From Octopus bimaculoides (taxonomy: Eukaryota), in the NCBI RefSeq assembly GCF_001194135.2, contig NC_068994.1, positions 44,331,133 to 44,395,132 on the forward strand: a stretch of DNA of 64,000 bases. The letters are read 5' to 3'. Position numbers and translations under genes: made by a program. Positions within the stretch are counted from its first letter, which is position 1, and the number at the start of each line of letters is the position of its first letter. Shown here in pieces: positions 1 to 11,466 of the stretch. The notes beneath the pieces are model-generated. The model was not told the DNA's origin and did no database searches. It saw only the letters and a program-made list of their open reading frames with translations.

Positions 1-35
<35 letters not shown>

Positions 36-187
36 TATATAATAATAAAAAATCTAGACAAATAAGTCAATTAGTGTGCTTAAATGTTGAGCAGAGCACC
101 AGCACAGCTTAGGCTACCTGTTGCCATCCGCAATCATGGTACACTTCCTTTGGATCTACTTTAGGAATTCTGCAGTGGCACTTAGGG

Positions 188-281
188 TAATAGTATTAAT
201 TAATAGTAGGGAGATGGATTTTGTATTTGATTTTTTATAAAGTCTAATACAAAATCCATCTCCTACAATTAATTAATATTA
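188..281. mobile_element. Small hairpin/MITE-like inverted repeat
   Basis: Left arm tattaattaatagtagggagatggattttgtatt is nearly the reverse complement of aatacaaaatccatctcctacaattaattaata, with a ~17 nt spacer, in TA-rich flanks. Confidence 0.55.
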
Positions 282-438
282 TATATATGTATATATATAC
301 ATATATATACAAACATATATGCATATATACATACATATATATATATCTCTTTCCTTTCCCGAGCGTCTAATAACACGATCCGTATCACGTCCTCACGTTG
401 TTGTTTTTTGTTATTGTTTTTTGTTTGTTTTTTAACTT

Positions 439-473
<35 letters not shown>

Positions 474-519
474 TCATCATCATCATTATATATATATACA
501 TATATATGTATGTATGTAT

Positions 520-757
520 GTGTATCTTTGTGTGTGTGTGTCTGTGTTTGACACCCGCCGCCAACGATTGTCAACCAATGCTGGTGTGTTTACACCCCTG
601 TAATCTAGTGGTTTTGCAAAAGTGACTGATAGAATAAGTACAAGGCTTACAAAAAAATAAGGCTTGTGGGGGTGGGGTCAATCTCTTTGACTAAAACCCT
701 TTAAGGTGGTGCTCCAGCATGGCCACAGTCTAATGACTGAAACAAGTAACAGATCAT
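520..757 (+). mobile_element. 3' half of SINE family A (tRNA-derived, internal microsatellite)
   Basis: Matches the 3' half of the near-full copies at 14851-15228 and 34845-35290 (gaataagtac.aggcttaca...ggtgctccagcatggccacagtc.aatgactgaaacaagta). Confidence 0.8.
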
Positions 758-961
758 CAAAAAGTGTTTGAGTGTATTTTTATGCAAAAAGGTACAACAG
801 AGTACTCAATACTCAAAAGTAGAGCTAAAAACGAAATGCAATCCAGTATACATGTAAAGGAATATGCATCCAAAATACACCAGGAAGTACGAATATTAAC
901 ATTGAAATACATACATAGACATGTACATACATACACACATATATACATACATACAAACATG

Positions 962-1033
<72 letters not shown>

Positions 1034-2149
1034 NNNNNNNNNNNNNNNNNNNNNNNNNNNNNNNNNNNNNNNNNNNNNNNNNNNNNNNNNNNNNNNNNNN
1101 NNNNNNNNNNNNNNNNNNNNNNNNNNNNNNNNNNNNNNNNNNNNNNNNNNNNNNNNNNNNNNNNNNNNNNNNNNNNNNNNNNNNNNNNNNNNNNNNNNNN
1201 NNNNNNNNNNNNNNNNNNNNNNNNNNNNNNNNNNNNNNNNNNNNNNNNNNNNNNNNNNNNNNNNNNNNNNNNNNNNNNNNNNNNNNNNNNNNNNNNNNNN
1301 NNNNNNNNNNNNNNNNNNNNNNNNNNNNNNNNNNNNNNNNNNNNNNNNNNNNNNNNNNNNNNNNNNNNNNNNNNNNNNNNNNNNNNNNNNNNNNNNNNNN
1401 NNNNNNNNNNNNNNNNNNNNNNNNNNNNNNNNNNNNNNNNNNNNNNNNNNNNNNNNNNNNNNNNNNNNNNNNNNNNNNNNNNNNNNNNNNNNNNNNNNNN
1501 NNNNNNNNNNNNNNNNNNNNNNNNNNNNNNNNNNNNNNNNNNNNNNNNNNNNNNNNNNNNNNNNNNNNNNNNNNNNNNNNNNNNNNNNNNNNNNNNNNNN
1601 NNNNNNNNNNNNNNNNNNNNNNNNNNNNNNNNNNNNNNNNNNNNNNNNNNNNNNNNNNNNNNNNNNNNNNNNNNNNNNNNNNNNNNNNNNNNNNNNNNNN
1701 NNNNNNNNNNNNNNNNNNNNNNNNNNNNNNNNNNNNNNNNNNNNNNNNNNNNNNNNNNNNNNNNNNNNNNNNNNNNNNNNNNNNNNNNNNNNNNNNNNNN
1801 NNNNNNNNNNNNNNNNNNNNNNNNNNNNNNNNNNNNNNNNNNNNNNNNNNNNNNNNNNNNNNNNNNNNNNNNNNNNNNNNNNNNNNNNNNNNNNNNNNNN
1901 NNNNNNNNNNNNNNNNNNNNNNNNNNNNNNNNNNNNNNNNNNNNNNNNNNNNNNNNNNNNNNNNNNNNNNNNNNNNNNNNNNNNNNNNNNNNNNNNNNNN
2001 AGAACAAGGAGAAAATTAAGTATATGATAGGGGCTGGGAAGATACTGGTGGTAGTGGTGGTGGTGGTGGTGGTGGTGGTGGTGGTGGAGTAGGCAATGAT
2101 GGTTATGATAGTGATGTTGATTGTTGCTGTTGTTGTTGTTGTTATGCTT

Positions 2150-2410
2150 GGTATTGCTTAGCCCCAGGTCATCATCATCATCATCATCCCTGATCGAGCA
2201 GACCTATATGATGAAACGCATTCCGGCAGTGACCATTCCATCGTTTTTTCATTTTTATTTTCACCCCATGCACACAGAAACCCAACTCTACAATATCCAA
2301 CACATTCTTTTCTTTCTAAGGTAGCGACGTATGATTTGAGAGGAGATCTCTCTACTATTTCTTGTAGATCGCGCAACCATGTAGAGGCTCCCTCACCCCA
2401 TTGGCTCATT
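2150..2410. repeat. Interspersed repeat family F (gccccaggtca...ctgatcgagcagacctat), SINE-like
   Basis: Related decayed segments recur at ~54915-55100 and ~61965-62130, and in reverse at ~27400-27520, ~27950-28090 and ~57440-57600. Confidence 0.55.
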
Positions 2411-2939
2411 GGAAATGTTGGTCTTGATTGCGATGATGACGATGATGATGATGATGATGATGATGATAATGATGATGATAAGGGACGATAGTAGTAGAAG
2501 AGGCATCCTCGCTGTTGTTGTTGTTTTTGTTGCTGTTGTGAGATGGCTGTAGATGAAGTTGTAGTAATGCTAGTATTTGTGGTGGTGGTGGTGGTGGTGG
2601 TNNNNNNNNNNNNNNNNNNNNNNNNNNNNNNNNNNNNNNNNNNNNNNNNNNNNNNNNNNNNNNNNNNNNNNNNNNNNNNNNNNNNNNNNNNNNNNNNNNN
2701 NNNNNNNNNNNNNNNNNNNNNNNNNNNNNNNNNNNNNNNNNNNNNNNNNNNNNNNNNNNNNNNNNNNNNNNNNNNNNNNNNNNNNNNNNNNNNNNNNNNN
2801 NNNNNNNNNNNNNNNNNNNNNNNNNNNNNNNNNNNNNNNNNNNNNNNNNNNNNNNNNNNNNNNNNNNNNNNNNNNNNNNNNNNNNNNNNNNNNNNNNNNN
2901 NNNNNNNNNNNNNNNNNNNNNNNNNNNNTGATGGGAAAT

Positions 2940-5150
2940 AGAAAAAAAATATGAAGGAGAAAAGGGAAGCGGAGAGAGAGACGGATTAAAAGGAAGACAT
3001 TTGGAAGAGCGAGGAGGAAGAAAATGAGGGCAAAATAGGATAGAAATGGAAGAAGGAAGAAAGGGGGGGGGGCAAAGGGGCAAAGAGAATGAAGAAGAAA
3101 GGGAAAAAGAGGGAAAGATTGAAGAAAATGAGTGTGGAAGAAAAGGAAAACCGAAAGATAAGAAATGGAGAGATTGAGAATGGAAGAGAAAAGCAAGAGA
3201 GAGAGAGAGAGAGAGAGGGGATAAAAAGGAGGGAGATAGGAAGGAGGAGGGAAAAGAGAGAGAGAGAGAGAGAGAGATAAGGAAAGGATTAGAATATAGA
3301 GCAAAAAAAAACCAGAGGAAAGTGAGAAAAATCAATGGTAAAGAAAGACATAGGAAAGAAGAATGAGGAAGAAAAAATAATGAGAATTAAAATAAAACAG
3401 GGGGAGAGGGGGGATAAATAAGCCACATAAAAACCTAATAAATATATAAAGGAGAGAAAGAAAAACATGGAGGATGAAATTGTGGGACAGAGACAGAGAG
3501 AGAGGGAGGGTAAAGAAAAAGGAGGTGAAGAGAAAGGATAAAAGATGGGAGAGAAAGGGGAGGTAAATGGGGAGTAGCTTGAGCGGAGAGGCGATGGTTT
3601 TTGAGGCAGTGAGGAAGAGATGAAGAGTGTATGTGAAAACTGAATGAAAGCCAGATAGCAAATGAATGTTATTATAGGAGCTGCATTGCTACAAACAGAC
3701 GTATAACAAGGGGTGTGGGATTGTGTGTGGGTAGGAGAGAGGATGGAGTGGGAGGAAGAGAGGTGGAGGAAGGTTTGAAAGGGAGGGGTGGAGGGAGGGA
3801 GTTGGAAAGAGTGTGAATAAATGAGAGAGGGAGAGAGAAATTGAAAGAAAGAGTAAGAAAGAGAGAGAGAGAAAAAAGGAGAAGAGAGTGAGAGAATGAC
3901 AGAGGAAGAAAGAGTAAATCAGAGAATGACAAAGTATGAGAACAGTAGATGGGAGAGAGAGAGATTGTGGGAGAGAGAGAGAGATTGTGGGAGAGAGAGA
4001 GATTGTAGGAGAGAGAGATTGTAGGAGAGAGAGATTGTGGGAGAGAGAGAGATTGTGGGAGAGAGAGATTGTGAGAGGGAGAGAGAGATTGTGAGAGAGA
4101 GAGAGAGATTGTGGGAGAGAGAGATTGTGGGAGAGAGAGATTGTGGGGGAGAGAGAGATTGTGGGGGAGAGAGAGATTGTGGGANNNNNNNNNNGTGGGA
4201 GAGAGAGATTGTGGGGGAGAGAGAGATTGTGGGGGAGAGAGAGATTGTGGGAGAGAGAGATTGTGGAAGAGAGAGAGATTGTGGGACAGAGAGATTGGGG
4301 GACAGAGAGATTGTGGGAGAGAGAGATTGTGGGAGAGAGAGATTGTAGGAGAGAGAGATTGTGGGAGAGAGAGAGATTGTGAGAGAGAGAGATTGTGGGA
4401 GAGAGAGAGATTGTGGGACAGAGAGATTGTGGGAGAGAGAGAGATTGTGGGACAGAGAGATTGTGGGACAGAGAGATTGTGGGAGAGAGAGATTGTAGGA
4501 GAGAGAGATTGTGGGAGAGAGAGATTGTGGGAGAGAGAGAGATTGTGGGAGAGAGAGATTGTAGGAGAGAGAGATTGTGGGAGAGAGAGAGATTGTAGGA
4601 GAGAGAGAGATTGTGGGAGAGAGAGATAGGAGAGAAAGGAGAGATGGGATAGAAAGTGAGAGATTGTCGGAGAGAGGGATAGTTAAAAGGAATAAAGGAG
4701 TGAAAGTGACAGAGAGAGAGAGGAGGGGAATTGGAGAGAAAGAGAGACAACAAAGAAAGAGAGAGTAACAGAGAGAAAGATGAAAGAGAGTAAGAGATTC
4801 AAGGAGAGAGGGACGGCTAGAGCTAGTAAGTGAGAGAAAGTGACAGAGTAAGAGGGAGAGAGAGAGAGAGAGAAATGACAGAGTAAGAGACTGTAACAAA
4901 GAGAAAGATGGGAGACAGTTAGAGATTCAGAGAGAGAGGAACAGCCAGAGCTAGTATATGAGAGAAAGTGACAGAGTAAGAGAGAGTAACAAAGAGAAAG
5001 AGAGACAGTAAGGGAGAGAGGGGGAGGAAACAAGAAAGACAGAATAAGAGGGAGAAAGAGAGAGTGGGAGTGGAGAGATAGGAGAGGGGGAATGAGTAAA
5101 TGAGAGAAGGACAGATAATGAGAGGGAGAGAGTTAGAGAAAGAAAGAGAG
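2940..5150. repeat. ~2.2 kb purine-rich (GA-rich) low-complexity tract
   Basis: The plus strand is overwhelmingly A/G with very few C. It produces the spurious Leu/Ser/Pro ORFs on the minus strand. Confidence 0.9.
3960..4625. repeat. Minisatellite, unit gattgt(g/a)gga(ga)n, ~14-18 bp, dozens of copies
   Basis: Tandem gattgtgggagagaga units with variable GA count are directly visible. Confidence 0.95.
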
Positions 5151-5319
5151 ATTTATTTTCAAGGTCATTGAATAAACTGTACGCTTCAGCTGCCAACTTG
5201 CAAAAAAGTTTACCATGCACAGCTGCAATCTAATTCACAAGTTGTAACCCTATCATTTGTAGATAAATCTGTGAAATTTCTGATGGTGACTGATGTCTGA
5301 CCACTACATAAGACAGATG

Positions 5320-5366
5320 GATAGATAGATAGATAGATAGACAGACAGATAGATAGGTAGATAGAC

Positions 5367-5409
<43 letters not shown>

Positions 5410-5640
5410 CAGGCAGACAGATCAACAGACAGATAGGCAGATGACAGACAGACAGATAGATAGATAGAGATAGATAGATAGATAGATAGATGGATGGATA
5501 GATCGATAGATCGACAGAGAGACCAACAGACAGACGAGCAGGCAGACAGACGAGCAGGCAGATAGACAAGTAGGTAGACAGGCAGACAGACAGACAGGCA
5601 GACAGACAGGCAGACAGATAGATAGATAGATAGAGAGATG
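5320..5640. repeat. Compound (AGAT)/(AGAC) tetranucleotide microsatellite
   Basis: Directly visible. A degenerate (GGTT)/(AGGT) tract follows at ~5850-6350. Confidence 0.9.
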
Positions 5641-6360
5641 TCCAATAACCAAACCAGTGGTGGTGGTGTCTCAGAATGCAGATGGCTTTTCGTTTTATAA
5701 AGAATAAAAAGGAGGATGCTAATATTTTTTTGCAACTGAGTATAGTGGAAAAAGAAAGAGAGAGAGAGAGAAAGTGAAAGTAAGAGAGAAAGAGGAGGAG
5801 AGTGAGAGGGGAGGAGAATGGAGAAGTTAATATATGAAAGAGAAAGAATTAGGTTGGCTGGCTGGTCGGTCGGTTGGTTGGTTGGTTGGCTGGTTGGTCG
5901 GTTGGCTGGCTGGTTGGTTGGTTGGCTGGTTGGTTGGTTGGTTGGAGGGTTTGTCAGTGGGTAGATACATGGGTAGGTAGATAGGCAGGTAGATAGGTAG
6001 GTACAGTTTTAGGTGAGTGAATAAACAGGTGGTAGGTGAGTGAATAAATAAGTAGGTAGGTAGGTAGGTACATGCAATTGTTAGGTACATAGGTGAGTAG
6101 CTAACCAAACAGGTAGGCAGATAAACAGATAGGTACATAAGTAAGTAGATAGGTAGATAGATATATTGGCATATATGTAGATAAGCAAATAGCTATGTAT
6201 GTAGTCAAATAGGTAAACGGAGAAATAGGCAGAAAAGTAAATGGGTAGATTTGTAGAAAGATGAGTAGGTAAATAGACCAACAGGTAAGTTGATAAATTG
6301 GAAGATAGGGAGGTATATAGGTAAGTAAGTAGGTAAATGAATATATATACATATATATAT

Positions 6361-6612
6361 CATCGTTTAACATCCGCTTTCCATGCTAGCATGGGTTGGA
6401 CGATTTGACTGAGGACTGGCAAGCCAGAAGGCTGCAGCAGGCTCCAATCTGGCAGAGTTTCTACAGCTGGATGCCCTTCCTAACGCCAACCACTCCGAGA
6501 GTGTAGTGGGTGCTTTTACGTGCCACTGGCACGAGGGCCAGTCTGGTGGTACTGGCAACGGCCACACTCAAATGGTATTTTTTATGTGCCACCTGCACAG
6601 GAGTCAGTCCAG
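6361..6612 (-). mobile_element. SINE family B (RTE-LINE-like 3' end, (GAT)n tail)
   Basis: catcgtttaacatccgctttccatgctagcatgggttggacg... On the minus strand it ends ...catgctagcatggaaagcggatgttaaacgatg. Near-identical copies at 28100, 30180, 49770 and, inverted, 58602. Confidence 0.8.
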
Positions 6613-6785
6613 CGGACCTTATCTGTTATTGTGGTTTTGTGGCACAACGCAAAGCAGGCATTGCTGTCCACTCAAGAAAACACATAGTAAATGATCCACA
6701 AGCAAACTCAACTTGTTCTATTTGCCGAAAGGTTTGCAAGGCACCAGCAGACGTCAAGAGACACATTCATGTCCACAGAACATGA
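6613..6785 (+). mobile_element. Fragment with two C2H2-type zinc fingers, probably the C-terminus of an RTE-type LINE ORF
   Basis: Reads DLICYCGFVAQRKAGIAVHSRKH...CSICRKVCKAPADVKRHIHVHRT*. Cut at its 5' end by the adjacent SINE, with a stop and microsatellite just after. A similar terminal finger lies at 36830-36965. Confidence 0.5.
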
Positions 6786-6891
6786 TTAATGCTTTATTTT
6801 ACTGAACCCTCATTTGTGTGTGTGTATATATATATGCATATATATGTATATTATCATCATCATCAACATCATCATCATTATCATCATCATC

Positions 6892-6936
<45 letters not shown>

Positions 6937-7346
6937 NNNNNNNNNNNNNNNNNNNNNNNNNNNNNNNNNNNNNNNNNNNNNNNNNNNNNNNNNNNNNNNN
7001 NNNNNNNNNNNNNNNNNNNNNNNNNNNNNNNNNNNNNNNNNNNNNNNNNNNNNNNNNNNNNNNNNNNNNNNNNNNNNNNNNNNNNNNNNNNNNNNNNNNN
7101 NNNNNNNNNNNNNNNNNNNNNNNNNNNNNNNNNNNNNNNNNNNNNNNNNNNNNNNNNNNNNNNNNNNNNNNNNNNNNNNNNNNNNNNNNNNNNNNNNNNN
7201 NNNNNNNNNNNNNNNNNNNNNNNNNNNNNNNNNNNNNNNNNNNNNNNNNNNNNNNNNNNNNNNNNNNNNNNNNNNNNNNNNNNNNNNNNNNNNNNNNNNN
7301 NNNNNNNNNNNNNNNNNNNNNNNNNNNNNNNNNNNNNNNNNNNNNN

Positions 7347-7389
<43 letters not shown>

Positions 7390-8332
7390 ATATGTCACAT
7401 TGTTTTTGTTGTGCACATTACAATGATGGAGCTGTGTATCATTGTAAGAAATCAGATCCTTCTTTACTGGAACACTTCAAATAATTAAAGATAGAAGAGA
7501 ACGGACATACAAACATACATACGTATGTACATACATGCATACATCCATGCATACATACATGCATACATAATACATCCATGCATGCATGCCGCATACATAT
7601 ATATACATACATACAACAACCTAGAAGTGAATGGAATTACAATAGACAACTAAGATTGTTAAACGGTTGCATTTTCAAAGCATTAAGTTTAAGCATAAAT
7701 ATTTAAATTTCTGAAGCTCACTGCATTAATTATGATAATTCTAACTTAACTGTGTTTTTTATGCTGATGGTATCTCCGAGTAATTAATCTTAGCAATTTA
7801 TTTTTTTTTTAATTTTCATTTTGTATCTCTCCCTGGGTTACATTACTGCAGTCTTAGTGGTTCCCTTATCACAACATCAGTAAATACAAAGAAGTCCATT
7901 CTTCAGTGGAAAAGTCTCAGAAGACCAAAGCATATTACGAATTATCTCTTATATTGCCACAAGACTGAAATACAAGTCATTGAGCTAAAGTTGTCTTTTC
8001 CTCTCCACATAAACATTTCTAATTAAATAGGCTTTGTATGGATACCTGCGCACAAACATGCATACATACAGACAGACAGATGAGAGACATGCACATGTAT
8101 GTATGTGTATGTGTGCATGTATGTATGTATGTGTATATATATTGGTAAATAGCACCATTTGAGCGGAATCGTTACCAGCGTTGCCTTCTAGCACTTGTGC
8201 TGGTGGCACGTTAGAAAATCATTCGAGCGATGCCATTGCCAGTGCCGCTGGACTGGCTCCCATGCAGATGGCATGTAAAAAACACCTTTTTGAGCATGGC
8301 TGTTGCCAGTACCGTGTGACTGGCCCTCATGT

Positions 8333-8713
8333 GTGGAGGCGCAATGGCCCAGTGGTTAGGGCAGCGGACTTGCGGTCATAGGATCACGGTTTCGATTCCC
8401 AGACTGGGCGTTGTGAGTGTTTATTGAGTGAAAACACCTAAAGCTCCATGAGGCTCTGGCAGGGGATGGTGGCGAACCCTGCTGTACTCTTCCACCACAA
8501 CTTTCTCTCACTCTTTCTTCCTGTTTCTGTTGTACCTGTAATTCAAAGGGTCAGCCTTGTCACACTGTGTCACGCTGAATATCCCTGAGAACTATGTTAA
8601 GGGTACACGTGTCTGTGGAGTGCTCAGCCACTTGCACGTTAATTTCACGAGCAGGCTGTTCCGTTGATCGAATCAACTGGAACCCTCCACGTCGTAAGCG
8701 ACGGAGTGCCAAC
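8333..8713 (+). mobile_element. SINE family C, full-length tRNA-derived copy
   Basis: Head ggaggcgcaatggcccagtggttagggcagcggact...ggtttcgattccc with A-box and B-box, and a (CA)n tail. A second copy starts at 22005. Confidence 0.85.
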
Positions 8714-9604
8714 ACACACACATCTATGTATGTATATATGTATGTATAAGATACGTTTATACAAGCAATGCATATGTGCATATATATATATAAATATGTA
8801 TATGTGAATATATGGAGCACATGTATGTGTAGATATATGTGTTTGAATTGCGAACATATATAAAATTAGCTACAGATATAAATACACAGACATTAGGTGT
8901 ATATAAAATTAAGAAAACTGCGTTATCAGTAGTGGCAATGCAAGTAAGTAACCATTTCTTCCTGAGAATATGAATTCACATTGATTGACTGATATTATTT
9001 GAAGTATGAACAGCAAAATCTGTTAAAGCCAAGAGCTAGATCAAAGAGTAAAATGTTTTCACACTGATGATATTACCAGCAGTAGGCTTATGATGAGTGA
9101 AAATCCTACTCCAAGCTTTATTCTACATGTGAAATATGCTAAATCTATAATTATTTTAGAATAATTTTCATTGTAATCTAGTCTGTAAAATCTTATAATC
9201 TATTCTAGCATAATATCTTTTAATCATATGTAGCACATCAACTCAAGATTTGTCTTTCGAATGTTCAGCTTTCTATATCTCTCGCTATAATTCCTTCAAT
9301 TGTCATGTCCAAATTTGTCTTTACGTTCAGCTTAATCCAAAACACATGTTAGTAGTAACTCTTTATACAAAGCTATTGTTGTCATATTAAGAATAGCAAT
9401 GGGCTAGTTATATTTAATCAATATTAGCTAACCCTTTGACAGCAAGCTAATCAATTAAAAAAAAAATGAAACATTAAGTCCAACTGAAAAATCTTCTTTT
9501 AACATAGATTTGTAGTACTCAAGTGGAAGGATTTGTAAACATTAATAATTTCACCATAATGATGATGATGATGATGATGATGATAATAATAATAATAATA
9601 ATAA

Positions 9605-9965
9605 TGCCCGTTTGATTCCAGGATTGTAAAGAAAAAGGATGAAAGATAAAAAAAAATACAATCCCTTAAAATTTGAAATAGGAAGAACTGTAAAGGTTCA
9701 TAAAGGTTCATCAATAATTGGTGTGTTGGGAACAGTAAACAAAGACAGAGACAAATGGCTGAAGGAGATTGGAATAGAATGCCCAGTAGAGCTCCTACAG
9801 AAGGCCTGTCTCTAAAGGACAGCAAGGATTATCAAGAGGGTTCTAAGCACTTGAAAGACTACTGAAAACTTGTGGCTACCTAAGGTTACAGGTAGTAACC
9901 TGCTACTCACTTAAATCCTACCAGGAATAAGACCAAAACCAAGTAGTGATGATAATAATAATTAA
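9605..9965 (+). mobile_element. 5'-truncated R4/Dong-like non-LTR retrotransposon (restriction-like endonuclease C-terminus) in a (TAA)n tract
   Basis: PFDSRIVKK...KYNPLKFEIGR...IIGVLGTVNKDRDKWLKEIGIECPVELLQKACL*RTARIIKRVLST* matches the PxxIGxLG...LQKAxLLGTAxIL tail of R4/Dong ORFs. (TAA)n/(TGA)n flank both sides. Confidence 0.8.
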
Positions 9966-10024
9966 TTCTTTTATTGGCCACAAGGGCTAATATAAAGATA
10001 CATTAAAGAACATGACAAGACGAA

Positions 10025-10400
10025 TAATGCCCTGGTGCAGTACTAGGCAGTGGCTCTCATGGCTTCTGATCTTGACTGATAGGAAGTGTTATCATGCATA
10101 TGTTTTGACTTGGTGTAAAAGATGGGCTACAGCAAATAGTCTGCTCAATACTGCAGATTTGCTTATCAGTTGCTTGACCTTAACCAGTTGAGCATGTCCC
10201 TTAGTGGCTGATGATATGTGCATCTCTGATCACAAGCAGAAGTAGAGGGGGAGCATCATAGCCACGTTTTAAGAGGGATTCTTTAGAGCTTCACTAATAC
10301 ACCCTTGGAAACATGAGTGTTTTGTTCAACATCCTTAAACAAACCTCATTCACACTCATTTTGAGCAGGATGGGCTACTCAACCTGAAGAAATTTCCAAC
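10025..10400. repeat. Unclassified interspersed repeat family G
   Basis: The reverse complement recurs at ~41480-41690 (gctcaactggttaaggtc...tttgctgtagcc...acttccaatcagttaagatcagaa). Confidence 0.7.
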
Positions 10401-10576
10401 TGCAAGATCATATGCTGTTTATCTTGATATGGCATCACCATATTGTGTACATACGGTTGTAATGCATGTGCTTGGTGTACGTTTATCAGACTAGTAGTGA
10501 TGACGGGTATACTGAGCTTCGTATATTTGTAGCCCAGTGTCATCTTGATAGCATACACTGCTCTCTCATTCAATAC

Positions 10577-10610
<34 letters not shown>

Positions 10611-10745
10611 TTTCGGTGTGAATGGTTTTTTTATACAATCCTGTAAATAATAATAATAATGGCATTTTTATATAACCTTAATGCTTATGGTAATTACCGT
10701 GCAATGACTAAGGAAAATAGTCTAATAAAGGGGTATATATATTTA

Positions 10746-10794
<49 letters not shown>

Positions 10795-10899
10795 GTGTGT
10801 GTGTGCATGTTNNNNNNNNNNNNNNNNNNNNNNNNNNNNNNNNNNNNNNNNNNNNNNNNNNNNNNNNNNNNNNNNATATATATATGGCATCCGCCATGA

Positions 10900-11070
10900 T
10901 AGATCGCTAGCCACTACACATTCTTTATTTTCTCTCCCTGTTTATTTCTGTGTTCCTTTCTGTCGAAGAGCATAGGCTCGAAATGTTAAAGACTTTTTCA
11001 CTTCCCGACCGTTAAACTAATACGTCTGTTTGTTGTCTACACCACCTGTCTTCGTCTTTTGCTTTTTTGT
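10900..11070 (+). mobile_element. Penelope-like/retrozyme-like repeat with minimal hammerhead-like motif (10956-10991)
   Basis: cttt-CTGTCGA-a-gagc(atag)gctc-GAA-atgt-t-aaag. A homologous copy lies at 25637-25672. Confidence 0.55.
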
Positions 11071-11158
11071 GAATTCTCCTTATATATATATATACATATA
11101 TATCTACATATATATAAATATATATACATATATATACATATATACGTATATATACATA

Positions 11159-11219
<61 letters not shown>

Positions 11220-11427
11220 GTGTGTGTGTGCATGTTTATATGTATGTGTGTGTGTATGTATGTATAATTGAAAACAAAGGTCGTCTACTGAGTTGAAAGT
11301 AGCTTTCATTTACAATTAAGATGCAGCGTCAAGACAAGTTGACACAAGCACACACTGATTCATGCACACAGACACACATGCACACACAAACACACACACA
11401 CACACACGCACACACACGCACACACAC

Positions 11428-11466
<39 letters not shown>

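Noticed and set aside
757-2092. Long ORFs spanning N-runs (also ~2.6, 6.9, 22.2, 24.2, 26.5, 29.6, 36.6, 39.9, 48.1, 53.2, 58.4 and 63.4 kb)
   Set aside because: They are open only because N and (TA)n/(CA)n contain no stops.
3960-4625. Regular repeat array considered as CRISPR-like
   Set aside because: There are no unique spacers, the context is eukaryotic, and no cas genes are present.
3689-4899. 300+ aa SLSHNLSL / PQSLS / ERDCG repeat ORFs
   Set aside because: These are translations of the GA minisatellite. Several frames on both strands are open, and there are no splice or codon signals.
8333-8410. tRNA-like sequences (also 22005, 42860-42950, 54630-54700)
   Set aside because: They are SINE heads. 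They lack a complete cloverleaf and continue into SINE bodies.
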